A stretch of DNA of 64,000 nt from Anaeromyces robustus. Taxonomy: Eukaryota. A model generated the notes under the pieces. The model ran no database searches and had not been told where the DNA came from. It saw only the letters and a list, made by a program, of their open reading frames with translations. The stretch is from NCBI GenBank assembly GCA_002104895.1, contig MCFG01000099.1:1-64000 (forward strand). The letters are read 5' to 3'. The position numbers and the translations under genes are program-made. Positions 54,945 to 64,000 of this stretch are shown in pieces (the first letter of the stretch is position 1; each line of letters begins with the position of its first letter).

Positions 54945-57003
54945 TTATTTACTATACATAGTTTTCCAAATAGAATATATAGAAGTTTATTAATTATTAA
55001 TTACTTATAATATAATTGTATTTATATTTATATATAAAATATATTAAATAAATTGGAACTATTTATTACATTATATTTTATTATATTGTTAAAAAATGTT
55101 TTAAAAAATTATATATAATAATTAATAATTGAATATTAAAATTTGTTTTTTGTTTTTTTTTTCGTTAATTCTTTTTTTTCCAAAAAAATAAAAGTAAAAT
55201 AAATTATAAATAATCATTTGATATATAATATATATTTATATATTTATATTTATAATATAGAAAATACTTTTTTTACCTAACATATTTATTAATAATATTC
55301 AACACCATTTTTTATTTTTTGTTTTATTGAATTGATAATCCTAACCTTTAAATTGAAATTAAAAAAGAAAGAGTATAACATAAAACTAATAATTATCTTT
55401 TTTTATTTTCATATTTTAGAATAAAAAAAGATAATTATTAGTTTTATGTTATTATATAAATATAATAAAATCGTTTTTGATCATTATTTTTCATATTATG
55501 AAATATTATTAATTTATATTTATATAATATGTTACAACAATTGTTAATTTTAGTTTTTTCCTTTTTCATATATATAATATAAATTATTATATTATAAATC
55601 ATTTAATATATCACATATCACACCACAATCAGAAAAAATTATATAAGGAAATATTTATATTAACAAATATTATATCATTCAGGTAAAAATAATGAATAAG
55701 TGACAGCATTAATGGTATATAATTATTACTCAGCTATTTAATTTCCTATATTTATACATAATATAATATAATAATAAAATAAAATAGGCCGTCATTTTTG
55801 TATATGTGCATATAATAATTATTATAATAAAAACATTAATAATAAATAATAGTGATGATAAATAAAAATTTATTTTTTTAAAAAATTAATAGTAATATGA
55901 AAATAAATAAATTAGTAAATAAGTAAATAAGTATTAAATAAATAAATAAAAATTGTATTTAAATAATATATTAATATATATTATTTATTTATTTAACTTA
56001 ATATAATTATTTATTTTGTAGAATTTATTTATTAATTAAATTTTTTTTAAATATATTTTTTCCTTTAAAAGTTTTAGATATATATTAAGTTTAATTTAAT
56101 TAAATATATAATAATATATTATATAATGTAATGAAATGTATTACATTTGAAATTTTAATTAAATAAATTAAATTTAATATGTTAATATATTTAAATATAT
56201 TAAAAAAATGTAAAATTTATATTATAATATTATATTTTATTATTAATATTATTTATATTATTTATATTACAATATTATTATATTTTATTATTAATATTAT
56301 TTTTAAAATAATTTAATATTAAAATTACAATTTTATTTTTCAAATGTGGAGGCAAATAATATTATAATAGAATAAATTATAGGTACCTAATATAAAATAA
56401 TCATTTATTATAAATTAAAAAAAAAAAAATTCAAAAGAAATTCCTTTTTTATATACTTTATCATATGACCATATGAGTATTATGTATAAATACATAAATA
56501 TATGTAATGACCATATATATATGTAAAAGTCATTTTTATAAATACAAACAAATAATATTTATAAATTAAAAAGAGTTGAATTTTTTTTTCTATATTGTTA
56601 ATTGTGAATTAAATAATAAAAGTGAAAAAAAATATTAAAAGTTAAAATATATATTTATTGTTTATCTAATTATGTATATAATAAGAAATATATTATTTTA
56701 TCATATTTTAATTTATAATATATTATCCTTTTTTTCCTTTAATAGGAAAAGATTATTATTATTTATTTACTAAAAATGTTAAAAAAAACATAGGTTAGAG
56801 ATACATATTATTTAATTAATAGATTAAATTGATAAAGTAATAAATAATGAATAAGTAATGTATAATAATAAGTAAGTATAATAAATAAATAATTAATTAA
56901 TTAATATGAATAATAATTAACAATAATTAACAGTAAAAAATATACTATTAATTATTATAATTTCATTTTTTTTATATTTTTTTATATTTTTTTATTTTTT
57001 TAA

Positions 57004-57100
<97 letters not shown>

Positions 57101-58160
57101 CAAAAACAAAACAAACAAGAAAAAAAAGTTTTTATATCAATTATTGATATAAAATATTGATATATATTTATGTTAATATATTAATATATTGTATTATTGA
57201 TAAATTTTGATATAGAATTATATGATATTAAAAAAAAAATTATTGACCTTTTTTGTTTTAAAAATTTTTTTAAATTATATTTAAACAATAGGAAAATAAC
57301 TTTTTTTAATTTATTTTTTTATTTTTATTTAGATATAATAAAGTACTTTTTTTTTGCGGTTTTGTATATATATAATAAATTTATTAATATTCACATAATT
57401 ATTTTTTTTTATTTTTTAATAAAAATATACTATATTAATCTTTTTTTTTTTTTTTATTTTTTTTATTTTTTATTTTTAATAAAAGTATAATATAATAAAG
57501 AAAAAAAAGATTAAAATAAATGAATAATGAATTTCATTTGTTAATTTTGAAAATGATTATTACTAAATAGTTTAAAAAAAATTAAAAAAAAAAAAATTAA
57601 TTAAAAGTTTAATCATAATTATAATAAAAAAGTAATTATAATAAAAAAGTATTAAATAGAAAATAAATATAATTTTAATATTTATGGTTGATAATTAATA
57701 TTAGAATAGTATATCTACTTTTATTTAAATCATGAAAAATAAGAAATTTAATTATCTATAATAATAATAATGATAATGTATTATAATACATTATCATTAT
57801 TATTAAAAGTATGTATAAAAAATACATACTTTTAAATGCATTTTCAATTACTATTAATTTTTTTTTTATATATATTAATAACAAAAAAACTTATAAAAAA
57901 TGATGAAGAATGAAAATACATTCTTCAATAATTTTTATTCATTGATTGAAAAAAATTTATCAAATAAAATAATAAAAAAAAAAAAAATTAATAAAATTTA
58001 ATTAAAGTATATTTAAAAATAATTATAAAGAAAAAAGGTTTTAATAAAATACACAGTTCTAAAATCCCTTTTATTAAACCAGTACACTATAATTAATCAT
58101 TAATTAAAACAATAAAATTATATATTATATATATACATATATTTTATTTTAAAACAAGAA

Positions 58161-58280
58161 ATATTAAGATATTTATTATATTAAATATTAAATAATAAAA
58201 TAATTAAGATATTTATTATATTAAATATTAAATAATAAAATAATTAAGATATTTATTATATTAAATATTAAATAATAAAA
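58161..58280 (+). repeat. Tandem repeat, 3 x 40 bp
   Basis: ATTAAGATATTTATTATATTAAATATTAAATAATAAAAT core repeated three times with a 40-bp period, immediately next to the SINE-like insertion. Confidence 0.9.
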
Positions 58281-58287
58281 TTATTAA

Positions 58288-58510
58288 TTTTTTTTTTTAT
58301 AGACTTATCATGTGATTTTTCACATGAATGTATCGGAATTAAATTCCCTGCCTTACCTTTTCGGCGTCGACGCCCTTGGTATATTCATATATTTTACATT
58401 TGTACTTAAACCCTAACGCTAACTTAATAACGGGTCCAGTCTACAAGCCCCACATATGAATAGTAGTCACCAAGGAAACCGCCCAATAATTTAGAGCCGC
58501 ACCCCACATT
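58288..58510 (-). mobile_element. Short non-autonomous retroelement (SINE-like) sharing a LINE 3' module
   Basis: GC-rich island. 58330-58378 matches LINE 63244-63291 with about six differences. It ends AGTCTAT-(A)11. Candidate 15-bp TSD TAATAAAATTATTAA at 58273-58287 and 58537-58551. Confidence 0.7.
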
Positions 58511-58791
58511 ATTATTATTTAATAATTTTATTATTCTAATAAAATTATTAAGATATAAAGATTATATATTAAATATATTATTTAATATACTATTTTTTCA
58601 ACATCAAATTACTGAAAAATATTTTTTTAATAAGAATATTTAGATTAAATATTTTTAATTTAAAAGTTACCAACTGAAATTAAATATAATATCATTTATA
58701 TAAAAAGAAAAAGAAAGATTAAAAATATTTCCCTTCCATAGAATATCTAATATAACAAAATGAATAGTTTTTATATGCATATATTATTAAC

Positions 58792-58853
<62 letters not shown>

Positions 58854-60389
58854 GTTTTTTTAAATCTTTTTCATTTTATTTCTATCTTATTATTAATATT
58901 TTTAATTTTTACTAAATAGGCCATATTAAAATAGTTAAAAAGAAAAAAAAAAAAAAGAATAAACCATAAATTATTAACTTTTATAGTAATTCTCTAAGTA
59001 TAAATTTTAATATATATAAAGAAAAGTTATAAAAAAAAAAGTTTTTTTTTTTTTTTCTTAACAGCCGCATTCGATAAGATTTTTTTTTTAATTTAATTTA
59101 CATATATTTTTGATCTAAAAGTAAGAAATTTATCTTTTCCAAAAAATTGAATAAGAATGGCTTTAGAGGCTAATATCACTTAAATATAAATACAATATTA
59201 TTCATAATATTAAATCATATTTTAATGATCATAATAAACATTACTAAACTATTAAATAAAAATTTGGATATTTTTTACTTCAAAACTTACATTGACTAAT
59301 TATAAATTGTAAATATATATTTAATGATATAAATGTTTAAAATATATATTATTAAATAAAAGACAATAATAATGTTTATTAATAAAATTATGAACAGTTA
59401 ATATTTTAATGATAAATTTTTATAAATTAATTAAATAATTAAAACTGAGATTAATAATTAAAAAATATATATTAATTGTTTAATTATTTATTAATTCAAT
59501 TTTTAAATATAGGAATGGATACTTTATCATAGTTTTTTTCTTTTTCATGGTTATGTATAGCCACATATCTAAACTGAACCTATATTTTTTTTTACCTACT
59601 AAATATTTTTTAGTGTAAAAGGAAAAAAAAAATAAATGTATTTATAGGTGTTTTTAATTATTAATACAAAAGAAAGTATATTGTAGTACATGCATTTATT
59701 AGTTTAAAAAATTATTATTAATGAAAATATAAAACAAATAAAATTCTATTATTTAGAATAAAGATATATTGTAAGAATAGTTTTACCACAAAATAATTTT
59801 TTTTTTTACAATAATTTTATTTTAGTTCCATTCAATAATTAACTTGTATTTCCCTCCTTTTTTTTTTTTTTTATATATATATATTATTTTGTATTCTAAT
59901 TTTTTATGCATAACTTTATCTATATTCATGCATTTGGTTTCTTAATTAAATAATAATAAAAAAAAATTTAATAAACAACAAAAATAATTTAAAAGATAAA
60001 GTTAAATAGATTACTTAATTTGATGTAGCATATAATATTTCGATATTGAATCATTATGAAAGAAAGATATTTTCATTATTAAAAAAACATTTAACCTACT
60101 GCCTTATCCTATTTGTATTATCAGAATAGATGCTCTTGGTTAGATTAAGGAACCTATGAAATAATTATCAATTATTATTAACAATAGATATGATTTTACT
60201 TAACAGTGGAATACCTAAAAAATTTCTGTATTTAAGTTACACGTGATATAATAAAAAAATGTAAAACAAGGAGATTATAGAAAGAAAAGTAAAAAAAAAA
60301 AATTATTATAGTCCAAAAGAATAAATTTATAAACATCGAGGAAGGAATTCAAACTTAAATCTTAACAGATAATTTAATAAATTTTATTT

Positions 60390-61260
60390 TTATAATAATG
60401 ATAAATGATAGAGTAGTCTGTAAATTCCAAAAGTCAATAAATAATTAATATAGAGAATATATTTTAATATATAACTGAGCTTCCATATAAAAGTTGTAAT
60501 CTGTATTGGTTGGATTAATCTTGCTGGTTTGAATTTACTGGAATTATCAGTTTTGACACTATTGGTATGTTTAAACTTATACTTATTGAAGAAGATATAT
60601 TTCTGTTCGATAATGATAAGTTGAGGGTAAGAAGCTAGTTTGATTATATAATAGGATGTGATAATAATCAAAGTCAGTTTGACACACTTAAATATTTTTG
60701 GCGTACTACTTATTAACAAAATTTTTAATGATTATTCGTTAATCTTACACTAAGAAGGAAATAAACAATAATTTTTTGAATTTCATATACATTGTAAACA
60801 TAAATATAAAAATTCTATCTAAATTATGAATATAATGGCTATCTATAACTATTTGGATGTTCTAGCTGTTTCAGTATGGTCAATAATTATTATGACGATT
60901 AGAGTTAGGATTAGAAACAGAATTGAATAATAAATTTTTTTTATAATATAAAAAGGATATACTAGTTATTATTAGGGAAACTTTTAATAGCAAAGAGTTA
61001 TTTCCTAACTCTACTTTATAAATGATTAGTAATGATATAACATAACTTTTTATTATTAAAAGGAATACATAGTTATGTATGTATAAAGCATTTAGTTTGG
61101 GTGATTGAAAGTCATTGTTAATTTTTAAAATTAACAATGACTTTCAAATGTATAAAGACCATTTGAAAGTTGGATTATCTTATCATAACAATTTTTTTAT
61201 TGATTTCAAAGGTCATTATGATTAATATTAGTCCATTTTGAAGCCTTTCTAAGAGTTTAG
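60390..61260 (-). mobile_element. Highly decayed LINE C-terminal fragment
   Basis: FKC...YIIKLASY...FFNKYK...SVKTDNS parallels LKC...PYLLQF...WFNKFK (62230-62380) and LFKG...PYIVGLSHF...LLNWYN...GVDVEK of family A. Boundaries are approximate. Confidence 0.45.
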
Positions 61261-61264
61261 AAAG

Positions 61265-61885
61265 TTTTTTTTTTTTTTAGACTAAAGAAAGAGAATATAC
61301 TTCTATAATGTATTACTGATATAAATAACAACGTACTACTTACCTTATAACCACTAAGGGTGTTGTTAATGATCTTAGTTTTCGTTAGAATGTTATTGAG
61401 AAAAACTTTGCATTTTTTAACCACAACAGGGGCAGCAGGTAGGAAAGTTTTCAAATGTTGATTAATTTACCTTTAAGTAAAAACTTATAATTAAATTAAA
61501 AAACTGTTATGTATTCGCATAATTCAGAAGAATCCAATTTGATATTGGGAGTAAGTTAGAGCAAGATCCTGTATATCTTTGAATGGTTCATATTTTACAT
61601 TCAATGTATATATAGTAGCTCTTTTAGCTGGATTTTTCGTTAGTGTGTCTCTCATTAAATACTTACCTTTAATATCCTTTTTTGAAAGACTTTTTCATTT
61701 CTTTTTTACAGTACGAGATTTTTTTGTCCATGAATAATAATAAGGAATAGTAAGAATGTTTGTAATTAGTTCTTTAACAATACAAGAAGATTATCCCCAC
61801 TTATCAAAACAATAAATTTGAGCAATTGCACAAATCGCTGAAAAGAAAGTAAACCAAAGTTTACAAAATATGGTACAAGAGCAAG
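61265..61885 (-). mobile_element. Decayed LINE family A fragment (~61400-61885) joined to a short family B 3' tail with poly(A)
   Basis: 61400-61735 aligns with 63675-64000 (SWTKKSRT, NPAKRA, GFF*IMRI, ENFPTCCPC-like). 61265-61395 ends ...TTCTTTAGTCT(A)14. Confidence 0.8.
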
Positions 61886-62382
61886 TTTTTTTTTTTTTTT
61901 TTTAAATCACATAATTTGTACATCATCATTATTGAGTTTAAATATTAATATACATGAATCATAAAAAAAATACAAAATTAAAAAAAAAAAAAAAAGATAC
62001 TAATAAGAAAAAAAAAAAAAAAAAAAAAAAAACAGATAAACATTATAAATAATAATGAATAATACTGAAAGGTATAAAGTAGTATAGTAATATATAAAAA
62101 CAATAAATCCATACTAGCCCCTTAATTTTACCTATAGAATTAAAAGTAAAATTGATCTATCCTATTCCACTAGGGTCTGAAATAGGATCGACATTTGCCC
62201 TACTAGGCTGTTCCTACTGTGTTATCAGCATTGATGTTTCTTGAAGAGGTTGGTTTTGAATTTATTGAACCATATATGTTGTCTTTTACAGACAACAGGC
62301 ATGATATCATTCAATAGAGCCTCAAATTGCAACAAATATGGAAATTTTACATATGTACCAGACTCAGTTTGACACTTAAGGT
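61886..62382 (-). mobile_element. 3' end of a third LINE family (C): ORF end, 3'UTR and poly(A)
   Basis: LKCQTESGTYVKFPYLLQFEALLNDIMPVV resembles the family A ORF end. The 3' terminus is CTCAATAATGATGATGTACAAATTATGTGATTT-(A)18 (T run 61886-61903). Confidence 0.6.
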
Positions 62383-62441
62383 TTATGGTTACTATATAAC
62401 TCTACAGTCAACCGCTCTACCAACTGAGCTATCGAAGGATC
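62383..62441 (-). pseudogene. 3'-truncated, intron-containing tRNA-Tyr(GTA) retro-fragment
   Basis: Minus strand reads GAT-CCTTCGATAGCTCAGTTGGTAGAGCGGTTGACT-GTA-G-AGTTATATAGTAACCATAA: tRNA positions 1-37 with GTA at 34-36, then non-exon sequence and no T-arm. Flanked by perfect TTGACACTTAAGGT repeats (62369-62382, 62442-62455). Confidence 0.85.
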
Positions 62442-62455
62442 TTGACACTTAAGGT

Positions 62456-62940
62456 AAGTATAACACTCTGTTTTAGGAATTGCAATTCCTAATAAATAAA
62501 AGGTAGAGTCTTCTCTAAGAATAAATTCCGACTTTTTCATTTCTAACAATTAATCTGGTACATTTATTAATTCCAAAAGTTATTTCATTGTCCTTAGCCC
62601 ATTTAATAACTGAGCGAAGAAGCTTATTCATATATTCATATACAAGATCTACTAGAGGCACAAAGAACAATATCATCAATATCATCTGCAAATAGTCCAC
62701 CAAAACAATATTCAGTATCAATTTTTCACGCCATTATCAATGGTTAAAGATGTCGTTGATAATAAGATTATAAAAAAGTATAGGAGATAAGTTTTTTTTT
62801 TTTTTTTTTTATAGTACACAATTCGTACATCATCTTTATTGAGATAGGAGAAAAGGAACATCCTTTATCGAACTCCTTTAAGTATACTGAATGAATCAGA
62901 AAAATTATTCATAAGATATGGTTAATTGATTTGTATTCAA
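62456..62940 (-). mobile_element. Degenerate non-LTR reverse transcriptase fragment
   Basis: Frameshifted motifs SDSFSILKGVR*GC..SPI, LSPILF...INDIF, CFGGLFADDI..VLCA, VIKWAKDNEITFGINKC and IPKTECYTYL. Confidence 0.85.
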
Positions 62941-62997
62941 GACTTCATTTTTGATAATAATAACAATAACAATAACAACAACAACAACAACAAATAA

Positions 62998-64000
62998 TTT
63001 TTTTTTTTTTTTTTTTTTTTTTTAGACTAGGATTAATCTTTATTTATATTATTAATTTAAAATAAACATACATGTGACATAAATATTACATGAAATGTAA
63101 ATTAAATACAAGTAATAAAAGATACAAAAAATAAATAAAATTTATTACAGATATTAGTCAAATTAAAATATTAAATAAAAAAAAAGGAAAGAAGTTAAAC
63201 TTCTAACCTCTCCCATTCAACGAATGAGATACCATTCGAATCCGTGTCGGAATAGATTCCATGCCTTATCTTTTCGACGTCGACGCCCTTGAAGCCGCCC
63301 GGAGTGTTCTTATTGTTATTATACCAATTAAGAAGAATCCGAAAGGAAATATTCACAATTGGCATGACAACAGTAAGAAAATGCGACAGACCCACAATAT
63401 ACGGAACAGGAGACTCGGGTGAACCTTTGAAAAGTTGTCCACGCCACCATCTCCGTTCCCTCTTAATATCTAGTTTATCAAATGCATAACACCCATCAAG
63501 GAAAGCGTTAAGCATCAAGTAATATATATTATTTTCAAAATCTTCGTCTAAGTCCTCAGAAAATCCCAGTGAGTTAGTTCGATTAATTTGGGTGAACTTC
63601 GAGTTTAAGTCAACATTGTGTTTAATAAAAGTATTTCTATCCTGTTCAAAGGCCTTACAATTGAATATCCAATGAGAGAAACTTTGCGTTTTTTCACCAC
63701 AGCAAGGGCAGCAAGTAGGAAAGTTTTCAAGTGAAGACTTACCTTTAAGTAGAAACTTATAGTTAAACTGAAAACCGCTGCGTATTCTCATAATCTAGAA
63801 GAACCCTAGTTGGTATTGGGGGTATGATAAAGCAAGATCCTGTAAATCTTTAGAAGGTCCATATTTACATTCCAAGTATATAGAAGCTCTTTTAGCTGGA
63901 TTTTTTGTTAGCACATCTCTAGTTATATACTTATCAATAATTTCCTCTTTAGTAAGACCTGATAATTTCTTTTTTAGGGTACGAGATTCTTTAGTCCATG
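62998..64000 (-). mobile_element. Relatively young LINE family A copy: 3' end of RT ORF with C-x2-C-x8-H-x4-C knuckle, 3'UTR and poly(A); continues beyond the window
   Basis: The frame is open from 64000 except for one TAG (63795-63797). It encodes CPCCGEKTQSFSHWIFNC, with ORF stop at 63195. The 3' end is AATCCTAGTCT followed by ~26 A (62998-63023). GC and CpG content are higher than in the flanks. Confidence 0.88.

Noticed and set aside
58407..58423. AAACCCTAACGCTAAC resembling telomeric repeat or telomerase template
   Set aside because: Only one perfect unit, and it lies within a poly(A)/TSD-bounded element.
60520..60580. VKTDNSSKF resembling an LTR integrase TDNGxEF motif
   Set aside because: The surrounding peptide aligns better with the LINE ORF C-termini in this window, and no other integrase motifs or LTRs are seen.
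62383..62441. Functional tRNA-Tyr gene
   Set aside because: The 3' half (T-arm, B box, acceptor 3' strand) is absent from the adjacent sequence.

Overview
Extremely AT-rich, intron-rich eukaryotic DNA. It is most likely an anaerobic gut fungus (Neocallimastigomycota); this is inferred from base composition, (AAT)n/(AAAT)n microsatellites, short GT-AG introns and fungal-type genes. Ten protein-coding genes can be assembled by hand: a Nup2/Nup50-like nucleoporin, GNA1, a Gcn4/CpcA-like bZIP, eIF4A-III/FAL1, a Cys-rich unknown, a GCK-III STE20 kinase, a multi-TM RGS-domain protein, a GHSMGG alpha/beta-hydrolase, a UFD1/Zn-finger/AZUL-like protein, and a 1392-aa single-TM Asn-rich protein. Both window ends (1-1.5 kb, 60.3-64 kb) are nested piles of non-LTR retrotransposon fragments from at least three related families. 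The most notable observations are: (1) GNA1 ends in the TGA-CTA readthrough context followed by a 17-codon extension ending SVL, with SKL-stop one base out of frame, suggesting a cryptic PTS1; (2) a ~230-bp poly(A)-tailed SINE-like element shares a structured ~48-nt module with the LINE 3' end; (3) an intron-containing, 3'-truncated pre-tRNA-Tyr fragment is inserted with a perfect 14-bp TSD; (4) several poly(A) insertions share a CTT target junction; (5) there is a MITE-like element and several perfect palindromes. Splice junctions were read by eye and no database search was run.
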